Assembly (NCBI GenBank): GCA_053919585.1
Contig: CM132828.1
Length of the DNA: 64,000 nt
Reading direction: 5' to 3' (one strand)
Origin: Euprymna scolopes
Taxonomy: Eukaryota
Below are positions 31,001 to 45,269 of this stretch, in pieces (position 1 is the first letter of the stretch; each line of letters opens with the position of its first letter). A program made the position numbers and the translations under genes. The notes beneath the pieces are model-generated. The model was not told the origin of the DNA. It did not search any database and was given only the letters and a program-made list of their open reading frames with translations.

Positions 31001-34000
31001 TGGTTGACTTTATTACATATGAATAAATCTGCCACTTAATAAATGATTGACTTTATTACGTGTGAATAAATCTGCCACTTAATAATTGACTTTATTACGT
31101 GTGAATAAATCTGCTACTTAATAAATGATTGACTTTATTACGTGTGAATAAATCTGCCACTTAATAAATGATTGACGTTATTACATGTGAATAAATCTGC
31201 CATTTAATAAATGATTGATTTTATTACATGTGAATAAATCTGCCTCTTAATAAATGATTGATTTATTACGTGTGAATAAATCTGCCACTTAATAAATGAT
31301 TGACTTTATTACGTGTGAATAAATCCGCCACTTAATAAATTATTGACTTTATAACCTATGAATAAATCTGCAACTTAATAAATGATTGACTTTATTACAT
31401 GTGAATAAATCTGCCACTTAATAAATGATTGACTTTATTACATGTGAATAAATCTGCCACTTAATAAATGATTGACTTTATTACGTGTGAATAAATCTGC
31501 CACTTAATAAATGATTGACGTTATTACATGTGAATAAATCTGCCACTTAATAAATGATTGATTTTATTACATGTGAATAAATCTGCCACTTAATAAATGA
31601 TTGACTTTATTACGTGTGAATAAATCTGCCACTTAATAAATGATTGACTTTATTACGTGTGAATAAATCCGCAACTTAATAAATGATTGACTTTATTACC
31701 TATGAATAAATCTGCCACTTCATAAATAATTGACTTTATTACATGTGAATAAATCTGCCACTAAATAAATGATTGACTTTATTACGTGTGAATAAATCTG
31801 CCACTTAATAAATGATTGACTTTATTGCGTGTGAATAAATCTGCCACTTAATAAATGATTGACTTTATTACGTGTGAATAAATCTGCCATTTAATAAATG
31901 ATTGACTTTATTACATGTGAATAAATCTGCCACTTAATAAATGATTGACTTTATTACGTGTTAATAAATCTGCCACTTAATAAATGATTGACTTTATTAC
32001 GTGTGAATAAATCTGCCTCTTAATAAATGATTGACTTTATTGCGTGTGAATAAATCTTCTGCTTAATAAATGGTTGACTTTATTACATGTGAATAAATCT
32101 GCCACTTAATAAATGATTGACTTTATTACGTGTGAATAAATCTGCCACTTAATAATTGACTTTATTACGTGTGAATAAATCTGCTACTTAATAAATGATT
32201 GACTTTATTACGTGTGAATAAATCTGCCACTTAATGATTGACTTTATTGCGTGTGAATAAATCTGCCCCTTAATAAATGATTGACTTTATTACGTGTGAA
32301 TAAATCTGCCATTTAATAAATGATTGACTTTATTACATGTGAATAAATCTGCCACTTAATAAATGATTGACTTTATTACGTGTGAATAAATCTGCAACTT
32401 AATAAATGATTGACTTTATTACGTGTGAATAAATCTGCCACTTAATGATTGACTTTATTACGTGTGAATAAATCTGCCATTTAATGATTGACTTTATTAC
32501 GTGTGAATAAATCTGCCACTTAATAGATGTTTGACTTTATTACATGTGAATACATCTGCCACTTAATAAATGATTGACTTTATTACGTGTGAATAAATCT
32601 GCCACTTAATAATTGACTTTATTACGTGTTAATAAATCTGCTACTTAATAAATGATTGACTTTATTACGTGTGAATAAATCTGCCACTTAATGATTGACT
32701 TTATTACGTGTGAATAAATCTGCCACTTAATAAATGATTGACTTTATTACATGTGAATAATTCTGCCACTTAATAAATGATTGACTTTATTACATGTGAA
32801 TAAATCTGCCACTTAATAAATGATTGACTTTATTACATGTGAATAAATCTGCCACTTAATAAATGATTGACTTTATTACATGTGAATAAATCTCCCACTT
32901 AATAAATGATTGATTTTATTACGTGTAAATAAATCTGCCACTTAATAAATGATTGACTTTATTACGTGTGAATAAATCTACCACTTAATGATTGACTTTA
33001 TTACGTGTGAATAAATCTGTCACTTAATAAATGATTGACTTTATTACGTGTGAATAAATCTGCCACTTAATAATGATTGATTTTATTGCGTGTGAATAAA
33101 TCTGCCACTTAATACATGATTGACTTTATTACATGTGAATAAATCGATAACTTAATAAATGATTGACTTTATTACGTGTAAATAAATCTGCCACTTAATA
33201 AATGATTGACTTTATTACGTGTGAATAAATCTGCCACTTAATAAATGATTGACTTTATTACGTGTGAATAAATCTGCCACTTAATAGATGTTTGACTTTA
33301 TTACATGTGAATAAATCTGCCACTTAATAAATGATTGACTTATTACGTGTGAATAAATCTGCCACTTAATGATTGACTTTATTACGTGTGAATAAATGTG
33401 CCACTTAATAAATGATTGACTTTATTACGTGTGAATAAATCTGCCCCTTAATAAATGATTGACTTTATTACGTGTGAATACATCTGCCACTTTATGATTG
33501 ACTTTATTACGTGTGAATAAATCGGCCACTTAATAAATGATTGACTTTATTACGTGTGAATAAATCTGCCACTTTATAAATGATTAATTTTATTACGTGT
33601 GAATAAATCTGCCGCTCAATAAATGATTGACTTTATTACATGATAATACATCTGCCACTAAACAAATGATTGACTTTATTGCGTGTGAATAAATCTGCTA
33701 CTTAATAAATGATTGACATTATTACGTGTGAATAAATTTGCCACTTAATAAATGATTGACTTTATTACGTGTGAATAAATCTGCCACTTAATAAATGATT
33801 GACTTTATTACATGTGAATAAATCTGCCATTTTTAAGATAAATGATTGACTTTATTAGGTGTGAATAAATCTGCCACTTAATAAATGATTGACTTTATTG
33901 TGTGTGAATAAATCTGCCACTCAATCAATGATTGACTTTATTACATGTGAATAAATCTGCCACTTGATAAATGATTGACTTTATTACGTGTGATTAAATC

Positions 34001-37000
34001 TGCCACTTAATAAATTATTGACTTTATTACGTGTGAATAAATCTGCCATTATTAAGATAAATGATTGACTTTATTACGTGTGAATAAATCTGCCACTTAA
34101 TGAATGATTGACTTTATTGTGTGTGAATAAATCTGCCACTCAATCAATGATTGACTTTATTACCTGTGAATAAATCTGCCACTTAATAAATGATTGACTT
34201 TATTACGTGTGAATAAATCTGCCACTTAATAAATGATTGACTTTATTACATGTGAATAAATCTGCCACTAAATAAATGATTGACTTTATTACGTGTGAAT
34301 AAATCTGCCACTTAATGATTGACTTTATTACGTGTGAATAAATCTGCCACTTAATTTAATGATTGACTTTATTACGTGTGAATAAATCTGCCCCTTAATA
34401 AATGATTGACTTTATTACGTGTGAATACATCTGCCACTTAATGATTGACTTTATTACGTGTGAATAAATCTGCCACTTAATAAATGATTGACTTTATTAC
34501 GTGTGAATAAATCTGCCACTTTATAAATGATTAATTTTATTACGTGTGAATAAATCTGCCGCTCAATAAATGATTGACTTTATTACATGTGAATACATCT
34601 GCCACTTAACAAATGATTGACTTTATTGCGTGTGAATCAATCTGCCACTTAATAAATGATTGACTTTATTACGTGTGAATAAATTTGCCACTTAATAAAT
34701 GATTGACTTTATTACGTGTGAATAAATCTGCCACTTAATAAATGATTGACTTTATTACATGTGAATAAATCTGCCATTTTTAAGATAAATGATTGACTTT
34801 ATTAGGTGTGAATAAATCTGCCACTTAATAAATGATTGACTTTATTGTGTGTGAATAAAACTGCCACTCAATCAATGATTGACTTTATTACATGTGAATA
34901 AATCTGCCACTTAATAAATGATTGACTTTATTACGTGTGAATAAATCTGCCATTATTAAGATAAATGATTGACTTTATTACGTGTGAATAAATCTGCCAC
35001 TTAATGAATGATTGACTTTATTGTGTGTGAATAAATCTGCCACTCAATCAATGAATGACTTTATTACCTGTGAATAAATCTGCCACTTAATAAATGATTG
35101 ACTTTATTGCGTGTGAATAAATCTGCCACTTAATAAATGATTGACTTTATTACATGTGAATAAATCTGCCACTTAATAAATGATTGACTTTATTACGTGT
35201 GAATAAATCTGCCATTATTAAGATAAATGATTGACTTTATTACGTGTGAATAAATCTGCCACTTAATGATTGACTTTATTACGTGTGAATAAATCTGCCA
35301 CTTAATAAATGATTGACTTTATTGCGTGTGAATAAATCTGCCACTTAATAAATGATTGCCTCTATTGCATGTGAATAAATCTGCCACTTAATAAATGATT
35401 GACTTTATTACGTGTGAATAAATCTGCCACTTAATAAATTATTGACGTGTTTACATGTGAATAAATCGGCCACTAAATAAATGATTGATTTTATTACATG
35501 TGAATAAATCTGCCACTTAATAAATGATTGATTTTATTACATGTGAATAAATCTGCCATTTAATAAATGATTGCCTTTATTACCTGTGAATAAATCTGCC
35601 ACTTAATAAATGATTGATTTTATTACATGTGAATAAATCTGCCTCTTAATAAATGATTGACTTTATTACGTGTGAATAAATCTGCCACTTAATAAATGAT
35701 TGACTTTATTACGTGTGAATAAATCCGCCACTTAATAAATGATTGATTTTGTTACCTATGAATAAATCTGCCACTTAATAAATGATTGACTTTATTACAT
35801 GTGAATAAATCTGCAACTTAATAAATGATTGATTTTATTACATGTGAAAAATCTGCCACTTAATAAATGATTGACTTTATTATGTGTGAATAAATCTGCC
35901 ACATAATAAATGATTGACGTTATTACATGTGAATAAATCTGCCACTTTATAAATGATTGATTTTATTACATGTGGATAAATCTGCCACTTAATAAATGAT
36001 TGACTTTATTACGTGTGAATAAATCTGCCACTTAATAAATGATTGACTTTATTACGTGTGAATAAATCCGTCACTTAATAAATTATTGACTTTATTACCT
36101 ATGAATAAATCTGCCACTTCATAAATGATTGACTTTATTACATGTGAATAAATCTGCCACTTAATAAATGATTGACTTTATTACATGTGAAAAAATATGC
36201 CACTTAATAAATGATTGATTTTATTACATGTGAATAAATCTGCCACTTTATAAATGATTGATTTTATTACATGTGAATAAATCTGCCACTTAATAAATGA
36301 TTGATTTTATTACCTGTTAATAAATCTGCCACTTAATAAATGATTGACTTTATTACATGTGAATAAATCTGCCACTTAATAAATGATTGACTTTATTACG
36401 TGTGAATAAATCTGCAACTTAATAAATGATTGACTTTATTACGTGTGAATAAATCTTCCACTTAATAAATGATTGCCTTTATTACGTGTGAATAAAGCCG
36501 CCACTTAATAAATGATTGACTTTATTACGTGTGAATAAATCTGCCACTTAATAAATGATTGACTTTATTACGTGTGAATAAATCTGCCACTTAATAAATT
36601 ATTGACATTTACATGTAAACAAATCTGCCACTTAATAAATGATTGACTTTATTACGTGTGAATAAATCTGCCACTTAATAAATGATTGACTTTATTACAT
36701 GTAAAGAAATCTGCCACTTAATAAATGATTGACTTTATTACGTGTGAATAAATCTGCTACTTAATAAATGATTGACTTTATTACGTGTGAATAAATCTGC
36801 CATTATCAAGATAAATGATTGACTTTATTACATGTGAATAAATCTGCCACTTAATAAATGATTGACTTTATTACATGTGAATAAATCTGCCACTTCATAA
36901 ATGATTGACTTTATTACATGTGAATAAATCTGCTACTTTATAAATGATTGACTTTATTACATGTGAATAAATCTGCCACTTAATAAATGATTGACTTTAT

Positions 37001-38281
37001 TACGTGTGAATAAATCTGCCACTTAATACATGATTGATTTTATTACGTGTGAATAAATTTGCCACTTAATAAATGATTGATTTTATTACGTGTGAATAAA
37101 TCTGCCACTTAATAAATGATTGATTTTATTACATGTGAATAAATCTGCCATTATTAAGATAAATGATTGACTTTATTACGTGTGAATAAATCTGCCACTT
37201 AATAAATGATTGACTTTATTATTTGTGAATAAATCTGCCACTTAATAAATGATTGACTTTATTACATGTGAATAAATCTGCCACTTAATAAATGATTGAT
37301 TTTATTACGTGTGAATAAATCTGCCACTTAATAAATGATTGATTTTATTACATGTGAATAAATCTGCCACTTAATAAATGATTGACTTTATTACGTGTGA
37401 ATAAATCTATCACTTAATAAATGATTGATTTTATTACGTGTGAATAAATCTGCCACTTAATAAATGATTGATTTTATTACATGTGAATAAATCTGCCATT
37501 ATAAAGATAAATGATTGACTTTATTACGTGTGAATAAATCTGCCACTTAATAAATGTTTGACTTTATTACGTGTGAATAAATCTGCCACTTAATAAATGA
37601 ATGATTTTATTACATGTGAATAAATCTGCCATTATAAAGATAAATGATTGACTTTATTACATGTGAATAAATCTGCCACTTAATAAATGATTGACTTTAT
37701 TACGTGTGAATAAATCTGCCACTTAATAAATGATTGACTTTATTACATGTGAATAAATCTGCTACTTAATTAATGATTGACTTTATTACATGTGAATAAA
37801 TCTCCCACTTAATAAATGATTGATTTTATTACGTGTGAATAAATCTGCTACTTAATAAATTATTGACTTTATTACGTGTGAATAAATCTGCCACTTAATG
37901 ATTGACTTTATTACGTGTGAATAAATCTGTCACTTAATGAATGATTGACTTTATTACGTGTGAATAAATCTGACACTTAATAATGATTGATTTTATTGCG
38001 TATGAATAAATCTGCCACTTAATACATGATTGACTTTATTACATGTGAATAAATCGATAACTTAATAAATGATTGACTTTATTACGTGTAAATAAATCTG
38101 CCACTTAATAAATGATTGACTTTATTACGTGTGAATAAATCTGCCACTTAATAAATGATTGACTTTATTACGTGTGAATAAATCTGCCACTTAATAAATG
38201 ATTGACTTTATTACGTGTGAATAAATCTGCCACTTAATAAATGATTGACTTTATTACGTGTGAATAAATCTGCCACTTAAT
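13076..38281. repeat. 12,578-bp near-identical tandem duplication inside the satellite
   Basis: Rare variants pair at a constant offset: 13181/25759, 13463/26041, 17783/30361, 21061/33639, 22871/35449, 24121/36699, 25391/37969. Confidence 0.92.
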
Positions 38282-39121
38282 GATTGACTTTATTACGTGT
38301 GAATAAATCTGCCACTTAATAAATGATTGACTTTATTACGTGTGAATAAATCTGCCCCTTAATAAATGATTGACTTTATTACGTGTGAATACATCTGCCA
38401 CTTAATGATTGACTTTATTACGTGTGAATAAATCTGCCACTTAATAAATGATTGACTTTATTACGTGTGAATAAATCTGCCACTTTATAAATGATTGATT
38501 TTATTACGTGTGAATAAATCTGCCGCTCAATAAATGATTGACTTTATTACAAGTGAATACATCTGCCACTTAACAAATGATTGACTTTATTGCGTGTGAA
38601 TAAATCTGCCACTTAATAAATTATTGACTTTATTACGTGTGAATAAATTTGCCACTTAATAAATGATTGACTTTATTACGTGTGAATAAATCTGCCACTT
38701 AATAAATGATTGACTTTATTGTGTGTGAATAAATCTGCCACTCAATCAATGATTGACTTTATTACCTGTGAATAAATCTGCCACTTAATAAATGATTGAC
38801 TTTATTGCGTGTGAATAAATCTGCCACTAAATAAATGATTGACTTTATTACATGTGAATAAATCTGCCACTTAATAAATGATTGACTTTATTACGTATGA
38901 ATAAATCTGCCATTATTAAGATAAATGATTGACTTTATTACGTGTGAATAAATCTGCCACTTAATGAATGATTGACTTTATTGTGTGTGAATAAATCTGC
39001 AACTCAATCAATGATTGACTTTATTACATGTGAATAAATCTGCCACTTAATAAATGATTAACTTTATTACGTGTGAATAAATCTGCCACTTAATAAATGA
39101 TTGACTTTATTACGTGTGAAT

Positions 39122-42100
39122 AATCTGCCATTATTAAGATAAATGATTTACTTTATTACGTGTGAATAAATCTGCCACTTAATGAATGATTGACTTTATT
39201 GTGTGTGAATAAATCTGCCACTCAATCAATGATTGACTTTATTACCTGTGAATAAATCTGCCACTTAATAAATGATTGACTTTATTGCGTGTGAATAAAT
39301 CTGCCACTAAATAAATGATTGACTTTATTACATGTGAATAAATCTGCCACTTAATAAATGATTGACTTTATTACGTATGAATAAATCTGCCATTATTAAG
39401 ATAAATGATTGACTTTATTACGTGTGAATAAATCTGCCACTTAATGATTGACTTTATTACGTGGTAATAAATCTGCCACTTAATAAATGATTGACTTTAT
39501 AGCGTGTGAATAAATCTGCCACTTAATAAATGATTGCCTCTATTGCATGTGAATAAATCCGCCACTTAATAAATGATTGACTTTATTACCTATGAATAAA
39601 TCTGCCACTTAATAAATGATTGATTTTATTTCATGTGAATAAATCTGCCACTTAATAAATGATTGACTTTATTATGTGTGAATAAATCTGCCACTTAATA
39701 AATGATTGACGTTATTACATGTGAATAAATCTGCCACTTAATAAATGATTGATTTTATTACATGTGAATAAATCTGCCACTTAATAAATGATTGACTTTA
39801 TTACGTGTTAATAAATCTGCCACTTAATAAATGATTGACTTTATTACGTGTGAATAAATCCGCCACTTAATAAATGATTGACTTTATTACCTATGAATAA
39901 ATCGACCACTTCATAAATGATTGACTTTATTACATGTGAATAAATCTGCCACTTATTAAATGATTGACTTTATTACATGTGAATAAATCTGCCACTTAAT
40001 AAATGATTGATTTTATTACATGTGAATAAATCTGCCACTTAATAAATGATTGATTTTATTACATGTGAATAAATCTGCCACTTAATAAATGATTGATTTT
40101 ATTACCTGTGAATAAATCTGCCACTTAATAAATGATTGACTTTATTACATGTGAATAAATCTGCCACTTAATAAATGATTGACTTTATTACCTGTGAATA
40201 AATCTGCCACTTAATAAATGATTGACTTTATTACGTGTCAATAAATCTGCCACTTAATAAATGCTTGCCTTTATTACGTGTGAATAAAGCCGCCACGTAA
40301 TAAATGATTGACTTTATTACGTGTGAATAAATCTGCCACTTAATAAATGATTGACTTTATTACGTGTGAATAAATCTGCCACTTCATAAATGATTGACAT
40401 TTACATGTAAACAAATCTGCCACTTAATAAATGATTGACTTTATTACGTGTGAATAAATCTGCCACTTAATAAATGATTGACTTTATTACATGTAAATAA
40501 ATCTGCCACTTAATAAATGATTGACTTTATTACGTGTGAATAAATCTGCCACTTAATAAATGATTGACTTTATTACGTGTGAATAAATATGCCATTATCA
40601 AGATAAATTATTGACTTTATTACATGTGAATAAATCTGCCACTTAATAAATGATTGACTTTATTACATGTGAATAAATCTGCCAGTACATAAATCATTGA
40701 CTTTATTACATGTGAATAAATCTGCTACTTTATAAATGATTGACTTTATTACATGTGAATAAATCTGCCACTTAATAAATGATTGACTTTATTACGTGTG
40801 AATAAATCTGCCACTTAATAAATGATTGAATTTATTACGTGTGAATAAATCTGCCATTATCAAGATAAATGATTGACTTTATTACGTGTGAATAAATCTG
40901 CCACTTAATAAATGATTGACTTTATTACATGTGGATAAATCTGCCACTTAATAAATGATTGACTTTATTACGTGTGAATAAATCTGCCACTTAATAAATG
41001 ATTGATTTTATTACGTGTGAATAAATCGGCCACTTAATAAATGATTGATTTAATTACATGTGAATAAATCTGCCATTATTAAAATAAATGATTGACTTTA
41101 TTATGTGTGAATAAATCTGCCACTTAATAAATGATTGACTTTATTACGTGTGAATAAATTTGCCACTTAATAAATGATTGACTTTATTACATGTGAATAA
41201 ATCTGCCACTTAATAAATGATTGACTTTATTACGTGTGAATAAATCTGCCACTTAATAAATGATTGACTTTATTGCGTGTGAATAAATCTGCCACTAAAT
41301 AAATGATTGACTTTATTACATGTGAATAAATCTGCCACTTAATAAATGATTGACTTTATTACGTATGAATAAATCTGCCATTATTAAGATAAATGATTGA
41401 CTTTATTACGTGTGAATAAATCTGCCACTTAATGAATGATTGACTTTATTGTGTGTGAATAAATCTGCCACTCAATCAATGATTGACTTTATTACCTGTG
41501 AATAAATCTGCCACTTAATAAATGATTGACTTTATTGCGTGTGAATAAATCTGCAACTAAATAAATGATTGACTTTATTACATGTGAATAAATCTGCCAC
41601 TTAATAAATGATTGACTTTATTACGTATGAATAAATCTGCCATTATTAAGATAAATGATTGACTTTATTACGTGTGAATAAATCTGCCACTTAATGATTG
41701 ACTTTATTACGTGGTAATAAATCTGCCACTTAATAAATGATTGACTTTATAGCGTGTGAATAAATCTGCCACTTAATAAATGATTGCCTCTATTGCATGT
41801 GAATAAATCCGCCACTTAATAAATGATTGACTTTATTACCTATGAATAAATCTGCCACTTAATAAATGATTGATTTTATTACATGTGAATAAATCTGCCA
41901 CTTAATAAATGATTGACTTTATTATGTGTGAATAAATCTGCCACTTAATAAATGATTGACGTTATTACATGTGAATAAATCTGCCACTTAATAAATTATT
42001 GATTTTATTACATGTGAATAAATCTGCCACTTAATAAATGATTGACTTTATTACGTGTTAATAAATCTGCCACTTAATAAATGATTGACTTTATTACGTG

Positions 42101-43300
42101 TGAATAAATCCGCCACTTAATAAATGATTGACTTTATTACCTATGAATAAATCGACCACTTCATAAATGATTGACTTTATTACATGTGAATAAATCTGCC
42201 ACTTAATAAATGATTGACTTTATTACATGTGAATAAATCTGCCACTTAATAAATGATTGATTTTATTACATGTGAATAAATCTGCCACTTAATAAATGAT
42301 TGATTTTATTACATGTGAATAAATCTGCCACTTAATAAATGATTGATTTTATTACCTGTGAATAAATCTGCCACTTAATAAATGATTGACTTTATTACAT
42401 GTGAATAAATCTGCCACTTAATAAATGATTGACTTTATTACCTGTGAATAAATCTGCCACTTAATAAATGATTGACTTTATTACGTGTCAATAAATCTGC
42501 CACTTAATAAATGATTGCCTTTATTACGTGTGAATAAAGCCGCCACGTAATAAATGATTGACTTTATTACGTGTGAATAAATCTGCCACTTAATAAATGA
42601 TTGACTTTATTACGTGTGAATAAATCTGCCACTTCATAAATGATTGACATTTACATGTAAACAAATCTGCCACTTAATAAATGATTGACTTTATTACGTG
42701 TGAATAAATCTGCCACTTAATAAATGATTGACTTTATTACATGTAAATAAATCTGCCACTTAATAAATGATTGACTTTATTACGTGTGAATAAATCTGCC
42801 ACTTAATAAATGATTGACTTTATTACGTGTGAATAAATATGCCATTATCAAGATAAATTATTGACTTTATTACATGTGAATAAATCTGCCACTTAATAAA
42901 TGATTGACTTTATTACATGTGAATAAATCTGCCAGTACATAAATCATTGACTTTATTACATGTGAATAAATCTGCTACTTTATAAATGATTGACTTTATT
43001 ACATGTGAATAAATCTGCCACTTAATAAATGATTGACTTTATTACGTGTGAATAAATCTGCCACTTAATAAATGATTGAATTTATTACGTGTGAATAAAT
43101 CTGCCATTATCAAGATAAATGATTGACTTTATTACGTGTGAATAAATCTGCCACTTAATAAATGATTGACTTTATTACATGTGGATAAATCTGCCACTTA
43201 ATAAATGATTGACTTTATTACGTGTGAATAAATCTGCCACTTAATAAATGATTGATTTTATTACGTGTGAATAAATCGGCCACTTAATAAATGATTGATT
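39122..43300. repeat. 2,250-bp-offset duplication inside the satellite
   Basis: gtggtaataa 39461/41711, atcgaccact 39901/42151, gccagtacat 40681/42931, ataaatcggc 41021/43271. Confidence 0.88.
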
Positions 43301-45108
43301 TTATTACGTGTGAATAAATCTGCCACTTAATAAATGATTGATTTTATTACATGTGAATAAATCTGCCATTATTAAAATAAATGATTGACTTTATTACGTG
43401 TGAATAAATCTGCCACTTAATAAATGATTGACTTTATTACGTGTGAATAAATCTGCCACTTAATAAATGATTGACTTTATTACATGTGAATAAATCTGCC
43501 ACTTAATAAATGATTGACTTTATTACGTGTGAATAAATCTGCCACTTAATAAATGATTGATTTTATTACATGTGAATAAATCTGCCACTTAATAAATGAT
43601 TGACTTTATTACGTGTGAATAAATCTATCACTTAATAAATGATTGATTTTATTACATGTGAATAAATCTGCCACTTAATAAATGATTGATTTTATTACAT
43701 GTGAATAAATCTGCCATTATTAAGATAAATGATTGACTTTATTACGTGTGAATAAATCTGCCACTTAATAAATGTTTGACTTTTTTACGTGTGAATAAAT
43801 CTGCCACTTAATAAATGAATGATTTTATTACATTTGAATAAATCTGCCACTTAATAAATGATTGACTTTATTACGTGTGAATAAATCTGCCACTTAATAA
43901 ATGATTGATTTTATTACATGTGAATAAATCTGCCACTTAATAAATGATTGACTTTATTACGTGTGAATAAATCTATCACTTAATAAATGATTGATTTTAT
44001 TACGTGTGAATAAATCTGCCACTTTATAAATTATTGATTTTATTACATGTAAATAAATCTGCCATTATTAAGATAAATGATTGACTTTATTACGTGTGAA
44101 TAAATCTGCCACTTAATAAATGATTGACTTTATTACGTGTAAATAAATCTGCCACTTAATAAATGATTGACTTTATTACATGTGAATAAATCTGCCACTT
44201 AGTAAATGATTGACTTTATTAGGTGTGAATAAATCTGCCACTTAATAAATGATTGATTTTATTACGTGTGAATAAATCTGCCATTATTAAGATAAAGGAT
44301 TGACTTTATTACGTGTGAATAAATCTGCCACTTAATAAATGATTGACTTTATTACGTGTGAATAAATCTGCCACTTAATAAATTATTGACTTTATTACAT
44401 GTGAATAAATCTGCCACTTAATAAATGATTGACTTTATTGCGTGTGAATAAATCTGCCACTTAATAAATAATTGACTTTATCAGGTGTGAATAAATCTGC
44501 CACTTAATAAATGATTGACTTTATCACGTGTGAATAAATCTGCCACTTAATAAATGATTGATTTATTACCTATGAATAAATCTGCCACTTAATAAATGAT
44601 TGACTGTATTACGTGTGAATAAATCTGCCACTTAATAAATGATTGACTTTATCACGTGTGAATAAATCTGCCACTTAATAAATGATTGACTTTATTACAT
44701 GTGAATAAATCTGCCACTTAATAAATGATTGATTTTATTACGTGTGAATAAATCTGCCACTTAATAAATGATTTATTTATTACGTGTGAATAAATCTGCC
44801 ACTTAATAAATGGTTTCAGTTTGAAGGCGCACATCACAAGGAGAGAAAACCGAGAGAATGGAAAAATCTCAATAAATAAATGGTGCACACCCATCCAGTT
44901 TGACCAATTCTTCTCCAGACCAATTGCATAACATGGAATACACCACTTGATTTTCATACACTCCCCCCCAAAAAAATCATGAAGATCATATTACTTCTAA
45001 AAATACGCGTTTTTACTTTGTTCCTAGCGGAAGACAACCCATGCTGCCTCACATCTGAGAAAAAAGACTCGGGCTTAGTTCAGACGTCCATATTAATTTG
45101 CTGTACAA

Positions 45109-45269
45109 TGTTGTCAAGTACTAGGTGGAGAAAGTACTTATAAAGAAGAGACGTAGGTGTCGTGGTAGAACCCAGATCGATGTCAGCTTCGGAGAACCCC
45201 AGAATTGGCTTCTGCGAACGTATACAGTTTTACTTCTGCGCTTGTTACTCTTGCCTGTTAGTTTCCACA
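45109..45269. mobile_element. Possible short (161-bp) solo LTR
   Basis: Starts TGTTG and ends CCACA. The flanks TACAA/TTCAA would be a 5-bp TSD with one mismatch. It abuts the end of the R4-like ORF. Confidence 0.3.

Larger units (their letters stand above)
5372..44812. repeat. Satellite DNA array, 43-bp monomer TTTATTACGTGTGAATAAATCTGCCACTTAATAAATGATTGAC, ~920 head-to-tail copies
   Basis: Read directly from the sequence. Single orientation, no interrupting unique sequence seen, and recurring 39-, 42- and 47-bp length variants plus point variants. Confidence 0.99.

Noticed and set aside
5372-44812. CRISPR array
   Set aside because: Monomers abut with no unique spacers, there are no cas genes, and the context is eukaryotic.
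5372-44812. Repetitive protein-coding region
   Set aside because: The 43-bp unit is not a multiple of 3 and is rich in stops; the ORF track shows nothing inside the array apart from one ORF overlapping its right edge.
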